Both the position numbers and the translations under genes were made by a program. From Candidatus Latescibacterota bacterium (GTDB lineage Bacteria; Latescibacterota; UBA2968; SICM01): a DNA stretch of 64,000 nt. Positions 29,377-39,699 of the stretch are shown one piece after another. The stretch covers positions 1,472,001 to 1,536,000 of the forward strand of contig CBDCJO010000002.1 of NCBI GenBank assembly GCA_965217865.1, given 5' to 3'. Position 1 is the first letter of the stretch. Each line of letters starts with the position of its first letter. The notes beneath the pieces are model-generated. The model was given only the letters and a program-made list of their open reading frames with translations. It searched no databases and was not told the origin of the DNA.

Positions 29377-29479
29377 AAAAGGCAATACTCCCCCTCAGCG
29401 CATATGAGACTGATGTCAGGATTGCCTAAAGGATCGCACGGAGTGTGCCAGGGTGATCCCTCCGCGCCGATCGCACGGC

Positions 29480-31231
29480 TCACCCGTCGGTGGACCGGCA
29501 GTCCTCGTGTTGGACCATGATGCCTTCCAGCGAGATGAGCGGAACCACGCGGAACAGTCCCTCCGCGAATCGTTTCAACTCAGGCAGGTCTTCCTTATGA
29601 CCCAGCACTCTGTGCATGGCCCACTCGGCCAGACGCATCGGCCGGGCATTGCAGTCCCAGAAGCCCAGACCGTCAACGCCGGCGTCGTAGCAGGCCAACG
29701 CACGCACGCGCAAGGAATCCGGGGACTGGCGACGGGGATACAGGTCTGCGTAGACTTTTGCCTCCGTGCCCTTGGCCAGGTCCACGTAGGGCCTGATCAG
29801 CGGCGGGCGATCGCTGGCGTCGGGGGCCCCGACTCCCTCCATGTGTACGACCAGGTGGTCTAGGAGGCCCTCCTGCACCCAAGTCTCGATGTCCATTCCC
29901 AGAGATCGCGGCGTCGTGAAAGGCCCCAGGTCCGGACAACCCTTGGCCTTGTAGCTGTCATCGCCGGGAACCACGTAACACGTACCCAGCCGCCGTCCCC
30001 GCTTTTCGCCGACTTCATCGAGCATCCGCCGCGTCTCACGAAGCGTCTCGGTCAGGTAGTGCGCCCGGTGGGCCAGAACGCGTTCGTCGAACCGGTCCAG
30101 GGCCTTCATGTCCAGGCCGTATTTGTCCTTGAAGGACCGGACTACGGGCTCCTCGTAGAACACGTAGGGGAACGAACGAACGAAGATGATGCACACACCG
30201 TCGGCCTCGTAGTCGTCCACCCACTCTCGGAAAAGCTCTACGTATTTCGCTCTGACCTCGGGGAAGGCGTGACTCAAGTGCAGGGTGTCGTAACCCTCCA
30301 CGGTCCTGCAAAGCCATTCGGGATGGCGGAAATGAAAGTCGCCGGGTCCGCCATAGCCGAGATGGGAGGGTGGCGGTCGAACCCCGGTCATACGAACCTG
30401 CGGATAGATTTCCATCCCGATCCCGTGGGCGGCCTGTACGGCGGAGCGCAGCGGGTCAAACCCGTGGCGGCGCCGGCGGTCCCGGCCCTCCAGCGCGTGC
30501 CGTGTGTTGACGAGCCCGGGTGTCCATTCCTCCTCGGAGACGACCCGCGACGGGTAGAGGGCCGCCAGGGCGCGCGCGCAGCCCCACAAGATGATCTTAA
30601 AGTCGCTCTCCGCCAGACTCAGGAATTCGTCGACCATCTCCTGCTGCGTGGCGTAGCCCCACATGAAGTGCTGGCCGCCGTCGTAGTTGGCGATGAGCCG
30701 TCGGGTGTCGTCTCGCGGCCGCAGGGTGTGATAGAGGTTTCGCTCGGGATCGGACATGGGCACGAGGCGGATGTAGGAGATGTTGGCGATCGATTCGCCC
30801 ATCATTGCCACCGAAGCCCGGTGGAAGATGATGTCCTGGCCGGTCAGGTCCGCGGACTTCCAGTAGGTCTCCGCCAGATCCGTATCAGACGCGACCATCT
30901 CGGGGGGAACCAGGTCTTTGCCCGGCCTGAATGTCGGCCGCGCCATCCGTGTATATCCCGCGTCCCCGCTGAGCTTCAACAGCAGACAGTGCTGGTCGGT
31001 GAGCCAGGCATGAGTTCCCACATAGATGTGAAACCAACCCGCGACGTCGGGTTTCAAGCGAATCGGCGGCACGTTGGAGCCTGGACCGGAGAAGAGCATG
31101 GAGCCGTCGCCCGATTCGACCGTGTAGTCCGCCGCTGTCCATTTGCCCGGCTCGAACTTGCGTGAGATCGCGGCTGCAGGCTCACAGGCCGTCATGTCCA
31201 ACAGGTATATGGATTCATTCTCTCTGTCCAC
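29480..31231 (-). CDS. GHL10/DUF187-like TIM-barrel protein with one N-terminal beta module (paralog of 10168-11910)
   Basis: Colinear, highly similar to 10168-11910 from MD.ENESIYLLDM to TDG. Confidence 0.72.
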   Translation of the reverse strand: MDRENESIYLLDMTACEPAAAISRKFEPGKWTAADYTVESGDGSMLFSGPGSNVPPIRLKPDVAGWFHIYVGTHAWLTDQHCLLLKLSGDAGYTRMARPTFRPGKDLVPPEMVASDTDLAETYWKSADLTGQDIIFHRASVAMMGESIANISYIRLVPMSDPERNLYHTLRPRDDTRRLIANYDGGQHFMWGYATQQEMVDEFLSLAESDFKIILWGCARALAALYPSRVVSEEEWTPGLVNTRHALEGRDRRRRHGFDPLRSAVQAAHGIGMEIYPQVRMTGVRPPPSHLGYGGPGDFHFRHPEWLCRTVEGYDTLHLSHAFPEVRAKYVELFREWVDDYEADGVCIIFVRSFPYVFYEEPVVRSFKDKYGLDMKALDRFDERVLAHRAHYLTETLRETRRMLDEVGEKRGRRLGTCYVVPGDDSYKAKGCPDLGPFTTPRSLGMDIETWVQEGLLDHLVVHMEGVGAPDASDRPPLIRPYVDLAKGTEAKVYADLYPRRQSPDSLRVRALACYDAGVDGLGFWDCNARPMRLAEWAMHRVLGHKEDLPELKRFAEGLFRVVPLISLEGIMVQHEDCRSTDG

Positions 31232-31298
31232 GAATGTTCACCTCCTGAAAAGTGGTTTGTAGGAACAATGCCTCGATCGCGATCTTCTTTGGGATCAG

Positions 31299-32786
31299 TC
31301 AATTCCTGAATTGAAACGCATAGAGTTTGCAGTCTCGCATCACAAATCGGATTCTGACAGGCCTTCCAGCCAGCCCGCTCACGTCACGGCTCCCGCCCCA
31401 CGAGACGGGCATGCGCAAGGCGTTGCCGTTCAGCCGGTCGGCCTGGGGTGCACCGAATCCTTCGACGGGTTTCCCGTTTGTGTCGAGCAGTTCGACCAGG
31501 ATCGACCCGCCGACGGAGGTGTCGAGGTTTAGTTCCAGGAATCCGCCGTCGAATGTGAAGGGGGGGGTCACCAGCTCACCACCGTCGGAGGACGCGTCGG
31601 CCGAGACAAACCCGTCGAGGCGCATAACGGCGCGGCTGATGGCGGCGAGACGCCGGCCTCCAGGGGCGGACGGATCGATGATGCTGTTGTGATCCTGATT
31701 CATCCCCACGTAGTAGATCCAGATTTCGTCGCCCATCCGGACGGGGTTCGGCATCGCCCAGATCATCTTCGAGTCAAACCGGCCGGCCGGACCGAGACGC
31801 ATGAACGGCGCCCGATCGCCAACGTGTTGAAATGTCCTGTTGTCACGACTCACCAACAGGCGCACGTCGAACGTGGCGGGGCCGATCTCCCCGCTGTCCG
31901 TTATTTTGACATCGGGATTTTCATTACCCCGGGATTGGCTCGGTTCCGGCTTGGCGTTGATCCGTTCGAAGTGCCAGTAGGACTGGGCAAGCATGATCAC
32001 GGCCCGATCGGCCCAGTCGTAGGGGAACACCGCGGCGCCGTAATAGTCTATGGGCGGCGTGGGAGGAGATCCCTGATAAGAGGCCAGGTCCGTTTCGTCC
32101 GCCTGAAGGACGGTGGTTTGATTTTCCCATTGGACCAGGTCGTCCGACTCGAGGCGCCTGACCGTCCGATATCTTCCCTCAGGATCCTCAGGGGGCTCAA
32201 TCCAGGCACGGGTGTACATCACGTATCGCTCTTCGGCCGGATCCCAGAACACGATGGTCTGCGTATCCCAGCCGCCCGGACCGATGTCGAGCTTGGTAAA
32301 CAATTTCCAATCGTACCCGTCCGGTGAGCTGAACATCTGGAACCCTCCGGAGGGATAAACTTTGGTCTGCGACTTGTAGCGGTGTTCCGCAGGCGCGTTC
32401 GGATCGATCCAGACCGAGCAGCCTCCTAATTTTCCGGGCATCACGATGTTGTTCGCCTTCGACCCGTCGATCTCGTGGAGCCCCAACGCCGGCTTCGTGA
32501 AGCGCAGGCCGTCATCGGACTCGGCGTAAGCGACTCGACGGTAATCCGCGTCGTATTCGCTGCTCTGTGAGGTGTCGTACCACACCCGGATGCGGCCCGA
32601 GTCCTTCAGGACGCTCGAGTAATGGCAGAGCCCGGCCTCGGGCCCGTCGTCCTCCCAGGGCTGATCCCCGGTGATGAGGGCCTGGCCCGTCTGCGCGGGC
32701 GGGTTCATCGTCAGCCGAACCCCGTGACTGGATTCCACAAACAACTCATCGATGAAAAGCTGTTTGCGTGCCCCGACATCAAGCAT
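31299..32786 (-). CDS. Five-bladed beta-propeller glycoside hydrolase-like protein (GH32/43/117-like) with C-terminal beta-sandwich
   Basis: KQLFID, YAESDDG..F.KP.LG, DTQ..VFWDP, RLDGFVS, GGEL.T, LYAFQF. Confidence 0.7.
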   Translation of the reverse strand: MLDVGARKQLFIDELFVESSHGVRLTMNPPAQTGQALITGDQPWEDDGPEAGLCHYSSVLKDSGRIRVWYDTSQSSEYDADYRRVAYAESDDGLRFTKPALGLHEIDGSKANNIVMPGKLGGCSVWIDPNAPAEHRYKSQTKVYPSGGFQMFSSPDGYDWKLFTKLDIGPGGWDTQTIVFWDPAEERYVMYTRAWIEPPEDPEGRYRTVRRLESDDLVQWENQTTVLQADETDLASYQGSPPTPPIDYYGAAVFPYDWADRAVIMLAQSYWHFERINAKPEPSQSRGNENPDVKITDSGEIGPATFDVRLLVSRDNRTFQHVGDRAPFMRLGPAGRFDSKMIWAMPNPVRMGDEIWIYYVGMNQDHNSIIDPSAPGGRRLAAISRAVMRLDGFVSADASSDGGELVTPPFTFDGGFLELNLDTSVGGSILVELLDTNGKPVEGFGAPQADRLNGNALRMPVSWGGSRDVSGLAGRPVRIRFVMRDCKLYAFQFRN

Positions 32787-32855
32787 GGCCAACCCCCGGG
32801 TAGATCAAAAAACTCTTAGCGATCACGGCACAAGAGACTATCTAGCTGATACGCA

Positions 32856-33818
32856 TCAAAATGATATTTCTTTCAGGCGACGTCCCACCTCGGCAAGCAC
32901 GTGCGCATCCTTATCCTGGATCAACCCGCGGTCGGTCGGGGGGACGTTCAGCAGCAGATTACCTCCTCGACCCCACGAGATCTTGAGCCAGTCGATGATC
33001 GTGTCCGGAGGGTGGGGGGTGTCTTCGGGCGAATAGAACCAGCGGGGGTGGATGCTGTCGCAGGTCTCGATCGGCAAATAACGGAAGTCGTTCCCGTGCA
33101 CCATCCTTCGGATCGGTCGGGTGTCGGGGATGTAGAGCTGGTCACCCACCATCTTGTGCACACGTTCGATGCAATTCAGGTCGACGGGGGAGAGGGCCAG
33201 CTCGCCTCCGTTCATCTTGCCCGGATTGCAGAGCACAAGGCACTCCGGCTGCAGAGATTTGACGAGGTCGTAGAGCTCACGCCAGTGCCACCGGGTCGCA
33301 TCGTGCCACCCCCACCAGCCCTTCTCCCAGCCCGCATCGAACCATAATTCGATTACGGGGCCGTAATCGGTCAGGAGCTCGGTCAACTGGCGCTTCATAA
33401 ATTCCGCGTATGCCGCGTCATCCTCGTAGCAAGGCTCGTGCGTGTCCCACAGGGAATAGTACAACCCGATCTTGATCCCCCTGCGCTCGAAGGCCTCGCA
33501 GATCTCCTTCAAGAAATCGCGACGCATTGGAGTGGCCAGGACGTTATAATCGGTCTGCTTGCTCGGCCAAAGGCTGAATCCCTCGTGGTGCCTGGTCGTA
33601 ATCACGGCGTATCTCATTCCAGCCGAATCGGCGACTTCGGCCCACTGATGCGGATCGAAGTCAACCGGGTCGAACCTGGCGGGATCTTCCTCCCCGGTTC
33701 CCGCTTCGATGTGATAGAAGGTGTTGATATTGAAGTGAACAAACATCCCAAACCGCAACGCCATCCAGGCTTCCTGGACGGGGGTAGGACCGATGCGTTC
33801 CGACTCACCTGTAGCCAT
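32856..33818 (-). CDS. GH29 alpha-L-fucosidase (near-duplicate of 18751-19713)
   Basis: Same GH29 motifs; start at MATGESERIGPT by alignment with the paralog. Confidence 0.92.
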   Translation of the reverse strand: MATGESERIGPTPVQEAWMALRFGMFVHFNINTFYHIEAGTGEEDPARFDPVDFDPHQWAEVADSAGMRYAVITTRHHEGFSLWPSKQTDYNVLATPMRRDFLKEICEAFERRGIKIGLYYSLWDTHEPCYEDDAAYAEFMKRQLTELLTDYGPVIELWFDAGWEKGWWGWHDATRWHWRELYDLVKSLQPECLVLCNPGKMNGGELALSPVDLNCIERVHKMVGDQLYIPDTRPIRRMVHGNDFRYLPIETCDSIHPRWFYSPEDTPHPPDTIIDWLKISWGRGGNLLLNVPPTDRGLIQDKDAHVLAEVGRRLKEISF

Positions 33819-33842
33819 AGGTTTGTGACCTCCGGGGAAAAA

Positions 33843-33881
33843 GGGAAATGGAAAATGGAAAATGAAAAGTGGAAAATGCAA
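33843..33881. repeat. GGAAAAT heptamer tandem repeat; related tract at 57193-57220
   Basis: GGGAAATGGAAAATGGAAAATGAAAAGTGGAAAATGCAA. Confidence 0.65.
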
Positions 33882-33920
33882 ATAGCCTTATTCAGGCAAT
33901 CCGCGCCACGAAAGTCCCTC

Positions 33921-34937
33921 TCATCTCTCCCGTACCACCCCGGCGAGGAGGGCGGCGCGGAAATCGTCAAGGGACAAACTTTCGTCTGCCATGACCAGGG
34001 TGGCGTTGTAGGGCGTACTTCCGCCACAGCCCACACCCATCGCCCAACTTGCGCGGCTATCCCCGCCGATGCCTCGAGCGCGGCCGATTCCCCAGCCGAA
34101 TATATCGATCTCGGTGACCGAGCCTGGAGGGAACTCGACTTCCACAACGTGGGGGCGATCCATTGGACCGTAGATGCCTTCCCAGAACTGGGCAACGTAG
34201 TTTCCCCAGGCCGGCCCTTCGTTCGGGGCCTTGAGGATGAACAGGCGGATGTTCTCGGGCATCCGGAGGTTCTGGTCGACGAGCGTGGCCTTCATGAGCA
34301 AGGGGCTGGCCGACGGCTCGATCAGATCAAAGCGACGCTCGATGGGCGTGGTCAGACCGAATGCACGGCTCATATGAATGCAAAAGGTGGCCGTGCAGTA
34401 ACACCAGTCGCCGCCAAAGCCGACGAATTCTACGTTCGCAGGGTCGTAGGCATAACCCTGCCCTTCCAACTGCCGATTGAGGTCGATGGCCCAGGCCTTG
34501 GTCTTTATCCAGGTCTCGAACTCCGCCCCGGGGGGGAGGGAGGGGTCCTCCCAGTCCGGGCCCCGATTCTCATCCGCCTTCCGCCGATCTTCTTCTAAAC
34601 CTTTTACAAATTCAGGTCCCAACTCCTGTCGATAATGATCGATGTCGCCGATCAGCTTGAGGACCACGCAACGCGGCCCGAAAACCCTCCGGGCTAAATC
34701 GATCAGCTCGTCGGTGGCCTTTGCCCCAGAGGGGATGAAAAAGATGCCCTCATCCTCCCGGGCATTCCGGATGAGCTCCTCGTATCTGGGTTTCTTCTGA
34801 AGCCCAACCGAGTAGCCGAGGTTACATCTTCCCGGCCACTGTTCCCACCATTTCTCCCGTCGCTGGGGATCACCTGGTGGCACATCGAGCCAGGTCAAGG
34901 GATGCACGCCGAAGTAGATTTTTTTAAGTCTGTTCAT
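33921..34937 (-). CDS. Hypothetical protein (paralog of 17642-18688)
   Basis: 338-aa ORF; shares FGPRCVV, KAW.IDL, IERRFD, MPENIRLFIL, YVAQ.WEG, VGCG. Confidence 0.8.
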   Translation of the reverse strand: MNRLKKIYFGVHPLTWLDVPPGDPQRREKWWEQWPGRCNLGYSVGLQKKPRYEELIRNAREDEGIFFIPSGAKATDELIDLARRVFGPRCVVLKLIGDIDHYRQELGPEFVKGLEEDRRKADENRGPDWEDPSLPPGAEFETWIKTKAWAIDLNRQLEGQGYAYDPANVEFVGFGGDWCYCTATFCIHMSRAFGLTTPIERRFDLIEPSASPLLMKATLVDQNLRMPENIRLFILKAPNEGPAWGNYVAQFWEGIYGPMDRPHVVEVEFPPGSVTEIDIFGWGIGRARGIGGDSRASWAMGVGCGGSTPYNATLVMADESLSLDDFRAALLAGVVRER

Positions 34938-34954
34938 ATTTTGACAGATTTAAT

Positions 34955-35146
34955 GGGAGGGACGCCGGCCTCGGCGTCCGCTAACATCCCGGTCTTTAAG
35001 GTCCGGGTTTTTCAGATCCCGTGGGATCAAAGGTTTGGCGGTTTTCAGACTAATCGGATGACTATTAATGACAAACCGATTTGATTTAGGAGAAGCAATT
35101 TCGGCATCGGTTAATCGATTACGGCCCGCGAGGCCGCGGCCCTCCC
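34955..35146. repeat. REP-doublet-like intergenic element
   Basis: GGGAGGGACGCCGGCCTCGGCGTCC at left and inverted GCGAGGCCGCGGCCCTCCC at right. Confidence 0.45.
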
Positions 35147-35204
35147 GGAACAGGTCGTGACTACAGTCCAGATTTGTAACCGAACTTGCCACCATGTGTA
35201 CTTG

Positions 35205-36479
35205 TCAGGCCTTTTCGACAGTCATTCGCACCGAGAAGACCGTATTGCCGAGCGGCTCCCCGTCACGAGGTTCGTAGTTGGCGATGTCGTAGACAACGAC
35301 CAGCTCGTTCTCCCCCACAGCGGCAACGCTGGCCATGTGCGAGCTGTCGCAGTTGATGCCGAACAGCGAGGGCTCCGGCACGATCGGGATGCGATCGCGC
35401 CACTCGTCGCCTGTGCCGTCTTCGTTGAACGTGATGTGCTCTCCCGGCCGGCCGTAGACCATGGCGACGACGCCATTGGGCAGAGTCGCGAGCCAGGGCG
35501 ACACCTCGGCGTTGCTCATGTGGGTCTTACCTTCGTTGTGGATTGGAGGGAGCATTCGGACCGGATAGTGCCGCGTCACGCCCGGGCACAGGATCAGTTC
35601 GCTCCATGTCTTGCCGCTGTCGAATGATTTGCTCTGGAGCATCGCGCGATCCGGCTGATGATATCCCGTGCGGAACACGGCGAGCAGGTCGCCGTTGGGC
35701 AGTTCCGTCAGGGCGGGCTCCGCGAACGCCCATATACCCCGGGTAACCTCTGTCTCCTCGTGTGGCGGCATGCCCGCGGGGAGGCCGACGAAGTCGAAGT
35801 TGTAGCCGCCATCCGTGCTGCGGAACATCAACGGGAAGACCCATCGCTCTTGCTCCCCTCCCGGCCGCTGGCAATCCTTCCAGATCGTTACGAACGTCAC
35901 CAGACTGCCGTCTGAGAGGGTTTTGAACGTCGCGCAGTTTTCGAAATGGCCAATAATTGTCGCCCCCGTGATCCACTGGTTCGGGTTGACGCGCAAATCG
36001 AACTCAGGTGGATAGTGGAAAAACACATCGGGCCGATCCCGCCACGTCCGCCCGTTGTCGTCGGACTCGCTCATATGCGTCACACCCAGACCGGGTTCGA
36101 CGTGAAACATCATCTCATTGGGGCACAGCGTCTTGTCGCCGACCGGTGTGGCGCCGCTGCACCCGACGCCCGGCGTCGGCTCGGACCACGTGCGTCCGCT
36201 GTCTTCGGAGCGACAGTAAGCCGTCATGAACGGCCATCGATAGTCGGGATGGGCCTCGAGCGGACGGAACCTGTAAACCGGATACTTCGCGCCCGGCACG
36301 TCCACCCGCACGTAGACGTCGGCAGGGCGGACAAGGTCCGGATGCAATCCGTAGGTGGCCAGAATCGTTCCGTCCGGGGTGTACCCCGCGCGGCAGTAGT
36401 GGTGGGTGGACTCGAGCGTGTCGAGGTAGCCGATGGTGCGGTCGATAATCACCGGGTCTTCATGATGGATCTTGAGCAT
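35205..36479 (-). CDS. BNR/Asp-box sialidase-like beta-propeller protein
   Basis: SEDSGRTW, SDDNGRTW, STDGGYNF, SFDSGKTW Asp boxes; YGRPG. Confidence 0.8.
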   Translation of the reverse strand: MLKIHHEDPVIIDRTIGYLDTLESTHHYCRAGYTPDGTILATYGLHPDLVRPADVYVRVDVPGAKYPVYRFRPLEAHPDYRWPFMTAYCRSEDSGRTWSEPTPGVGCSGATPVGDKTLCPNEMMFHVEPGLGVTHMSESDDNGRTWRDRPDVFFHYPPEFDLRVNPNQWITGATIIGHFENCATFKTLSDGSLVTFVTIWKDCQRPGGEQERWVFPLMFRSTDGGYNFDFVGLPAGMPPHEETEVTRGIWAFAEPALTELPNGDLLAVFRTGYHQPDRAMLQSKSFDSGKTWSELILCPGVTRHYPVRMLPPIHNEGKTHMSNAEVSPWLATLPNGVVAMVYGRPGEHITFNEDGTGDEWRDRIPIVPEPSLFGINCDSSHMASVAAVGENELVVVYDIANYEPRDGEPLGNTVFSVRMTVEKA

Positions 36480-36490
36480 TTTCCCCTCGA

Positions 36491-37579
36491 CTAGTGTCGT
36501 GTCCCGCCAATAAGTTCAAATAGTCGCTTAATCTTTTCGAGGATGGATTCTGCGGTGGCAGTCCACACAAAGGGTTTTGAATTTGAGTTGTAGTGATCGG
36601 CGAATTTCTTGATGTTATTGACCAGATCTTTCACGCTACGAAAGGAACCCCGGCGGATTGCCTTTTGTGTAATGATGTTGAACCAGATCTCGACTTGGTT
36701 TAGCCAGGACGCGTAAGTGGGTGTATAGTGGACCTGATATCTTGGCCGGGCTGCAAGCCATTGTTTGGTTTTAGGGTGCTTGTGCGTGCCATAGTTGTCC
36801 AAGACCAGGTGAATATCGAGATCCTCCGGGACGTTTGCCTCGATGTGCTTTAGGAATTGAAGGAATTCCTGATGACGGTGTCTCGGTTTACATTGTGTTA
36901 ACACTTTTCCCGAGGCGATCTCTAGAGCAGCAAACAGCGTCGTTGTCCCGTGTCTGATGTAGTTGTGAGTTACGCCTTCGACGTAACCCAAACCCAGTGG
37001 CAGAATCGGTTGCGTTCGATCTAATGCTTGGACCTGGCTTTTCTCGTCCACACAGAGCACCATAGCATTGTCTGGCGGGTTGAGGTAGAGCCCGACAACG
37101 TCCCTGACCTTCTCTACAAAGAAGGGATCGTTTGAGAGTCTGAAGTGTTTCTGTCGATGAGGTTGAAGTCCGAAGGCTTTCCAGACTCGCTGAACGGTGG
37201 ACTTGGAGAGCCCAGTCTCAGCTCCGATGGACCGACAGGTCCAGTGAGTTGCATGCCTTGGCTTTGTCTTCAAGGTTTTGCCAATGAGCCTGGCAATCTT
37301 CTGGTCGGAGATTGAACGTGGACCTCCAGGACGCATCTCGTCGTAAAGCCCCATCAGCCCTTGAGCACAATAACGATTACGCCATTTCCCAATCGTGGCA
37401 TAGGACAGTCCCAGCTTCTGGCCTATCTGTAGATTCGTGAGTCCGATATCACTCATCAGTATGATCTTCGCACGGCGCACCAAAGAATGCGGTAAGATCC
37501 GCGAACCAGATATCGCCTTCAATTCACTTCGGACTTCATCACTAAGGTTCAATGGCTGCAATGGACGTCCCATTTTCAT
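36491..37579 (-). CDS. IS630-family transposase
   Basis: HTH, VDEKSQ, LDNYGTHK, SWLNQVEIWF DDE motifs; AGGAGG RBS. Confidence 0.95.
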   Translation of the reverse strand: MKMGRPLQPLNLSDEVRSELKAISGSRILPHSLVRRAKIILMSDIGLTNLQIGQKLGLSYATIGKWRNRYCAQGLMGLYDEMRPGGPRSISDQKIARLIGKTLKTKPRHATHWTCRSIGAETGLSKSTVQRVWKAFGLQPHRQKHFRLSNDPFFVEKVRDVVGLYLNPPDNAMVLCVDEKSQVQALDRTQPILPLGLGYVEGVTHNYIRHGTTTLFAALEIASGKVLTQCKPRHRHQEFLQFLKHIEANVPEDLDIHLVLDNYGTHKHPKTKQWLAARPRYQVHYTPTYASWLNQVEIWFNIITQKAIRRGSFRSVKDLVNNIKKFADHYNSNSKPFVWTATAESILEKIKRLFELIGGTRH

Positions 37580-37658
37580 CGGTTCCTCCTTGGATAAGGG
37601 CATAAGGAACCATAAGACGAATCCATTACTTTGTCAAGTTATTCCTGGGTCATAACAC
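36494..37658 (-). mobile_element. IS630-family insertion sequence, apparently intact
   Basis: Imperfect IRs GTGTCGTGTCCCGCCAATAAG / GTGTTATGACCCAGGAATAAC flanked by duplicated TA within CTAG. Confidence 0.88.
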
Positions 37659-37662
37659 TAGT

Positions 37663-39494
37663 CCTAAAATAAGCGAATAGGCTTGTTGAGCGGTGTGTTA
37701 TACAAGATTTCGGAGCATTTCAGACTTGTGACTTGGTGGAGATGATGTCTGGGCTGTTTTTGTGATTGTTTCGGCATGCGATTGTCTAATTAACTGAGTT
37801 TGCGGACGTGTTTTAGCCGGGGTGGACGGACTTGTCCCTGTGATGTTACGACGACAGGTGCTGACATGGCAGTCAGGCCGGTTTGAGCCATCTGATTCTG
37901 TTCCAGGCCGGGAAGAAGTCAGTCATCCACCGGTTGTAGCCCAAGACACGATAGATGATCTGTCTTCCCCGGGTCACGATCTGGCAAGGGATCCAGATCA
38001 GATTCTGGAGGAAGGCGCGAAACTCCATTCTCAGAAGTTGATCGCGACGCTCACGCTTTCGGATCATCAACGCGAACCAGGCTTTGAGGTTCCACGCCAG
38101 GGCGGTCATGACCATGTAAGCCCAGTTGCTCATCAGGTTGTCGACGGGCATCCGCATGGCGTTGACCCCGTTCTTGAGTTGTTCAATCACGTTTTCCTGA
38201 TCGCACCGTCGATTGGCCAGCCTCACGATTTCCGCGGCCGTAAGATCTTTTCGGGTGGTAATGTAGAAGAAATAGCGCTTGTCATCGAACAGGGCGTTTT
38301 CGCCGCGTTCGACGCTCAGGTTCTTTTCGAGGATCACGAGTCGACAGGTCTTCCTGCATCGAGCAGGACGATACGAAACCCCGGCAACACGTTCACTGGC
38401 AAGTCGGATGTTTTTGAAGCCGCGCTCCCGGATGATCCGGGCTTTCACGTTCTCGCGTTTCTGTCTCTGGGAGGTTTTGACCTGGTATTTGGGTTGTCGT
38501 TCAAAGGGCTCCCAATCGCTCTGTGACAGGGATTTGGCGATCTTGACCAATCCCCGGTAAGCATCCATGCCGAAGACGAAGTCGACCTTTTCCGACCAAC
38601 GATCGAAGTGCCGGGTGAGTGAGAAGCCGGTGTCTCCGCGCAGGCAGATGCGTTTGGCGAAAGGGGCGACCAGCGCGATGGCGCGATCGATCCACTTTAC
38701 GGCACCGTCGTGGCTGGGCACATGGCCGGGTCGATTCACAAGAAACAACACCTCCCTGGTGTTCGCCAGAGAGACCACGAGAGGATGGTATCCCCAGATA
38801 CCGTTGTATGACAGGGCCATGCCCTGCTTGCGTTCTCCGAGGGTGGTGGCCAGGGTGCCGTCGATGTCGATGAGGGCTTCTTTGAGTTCGCCCCTGGCGC
38901 GCTTTTTCCAGATCCGGGTGCGCACCCGGTTGATGCAATCCATCAACGTCTCGATATCCGATGGCCGGAAACGACGTGTAAAGTCGCCTGCTGTGGTCGG
39001 ATCCGGGAGACGCTGAGCGCCCAAAGCGTTCAGGAACGTGGCATCCTGCCGGCGCAGCTCAATGTCTTCAAGGCGTTGACCACCAACCAGCGCATTGTAG
39101 GCGATGTTCAGAACGTGGTCTGATTCGTGACAGGGCAAATGCACTTTCAAAAGATGAAGATGACGGTCAATCTCTTTCACCAGCCCAACCCTGCGGACCA
39201 TGTGGTGAAACGCGCCGATCCCCCCACACGTGATCGCCTCGGCCTTCCCACTTATCTCGTAGTGGATGTTTCCCCCAGACATCATAGGCTTGACCTGACT
39301 GCACCACTGCTTCCGACGCAAACGACGGACAATTCGTGCTTCCCTGTTCCGAAGAATCTTCCTGTATTCTCTCATCTGAAATGCCCCTTTTTGATGGCCT
39401 CTTTTTGTCTTTCATACTACAACTATAGGCCTGAAAACTGGGGCATTTCAACTTTTTTCTACTAAAACCAAGAAAAATTCACGCTTGTATAGGG
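37663..39494 (-). mobile_element. IS1380-family insertion sequence
   Basis: Ends CCTAAAATAAGCG / CCCTATACAAGCG flanked by ACTAGT on both sides; exact ends approximate. Confidence 0.75.
37873..39375 (-). CDS. IS1380-family transposase
   Basis: DIDGT, GYHPL, LRGDTGF, RCDQENVIEQLK motifs. Confidence 0.9.
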   Translation of the reverse strand: MREYRKILRNREARIVRRLRRKQWCSQVKPMMSGGNIHYEISGKAEAITCGGIGAFHHMVRRVGLVKEIDRHLHLLKVHLPCHESDHVLNIAYNALVGGQRLEDIELRRQDATFLNALGAQRLPDPTTAGDFTRRFRPSDIETLMDCINRVRTRIWKKRARGELKEALIDIDGTLATTLGERKQGMALSYNGIWGYHPLVVSLANTREVLFLVNRPGHVPSHDGAVKWIDRAIALVAPFAKRICLRGDTGFSLTRHFDRWSEKVDFVFGMDAYRGLVKIAKSLSQSDWEPFERQPKYQVKTSQRQKRENVKARIIRERGFKNIRLASERVAGVSYRPARCRKTCRLVILEKNLSVERGENALFDDKRYFFYITTRKDLTAAEIVRLANRRCDQENVIEQLKNGVNAMRMPVDNLMSNWAYMVMTALAWNLKAWFALMIRKRERRDQLLRMEFRAFLQNLIWIPCQIVTRGRQIIYRVLGYNRWMTDFFPAWNRIRWLKPA

Positions 39495-39699
39495 ACTAGT
39501 GGCGTGTTACAGAATTAACACCTGAATTTGGGACCGCTTTCAGGCGAAGAATGTCCGTTCTAACGCCCTCATCCCCTGTATCCCCTTCTCCCGTCCTTCG
39601 ACGAGCTCAGGACAGGCTCCGCAGGAGAAGGGGACGACGACATTCCTTTTCTTAGGTATTCAGGATCTCGCCTTCCCTTCATGAAAGTATTTGGACTTG

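Noticed and set aside
29377-29479. intI gene divergent from the attI-like site
   Set aside because: Only about 100 bp before the next gene and no tyrosine-recombinase motifs anywhere in the window
33819-33881. Hydrophobic N-terminal extension (MHFPLFIFHF) as a GH29 signal peptide
   Set aside because: It is the translation of the GGAAAAT heptamer repeat; the paralog starts at the downstream Met
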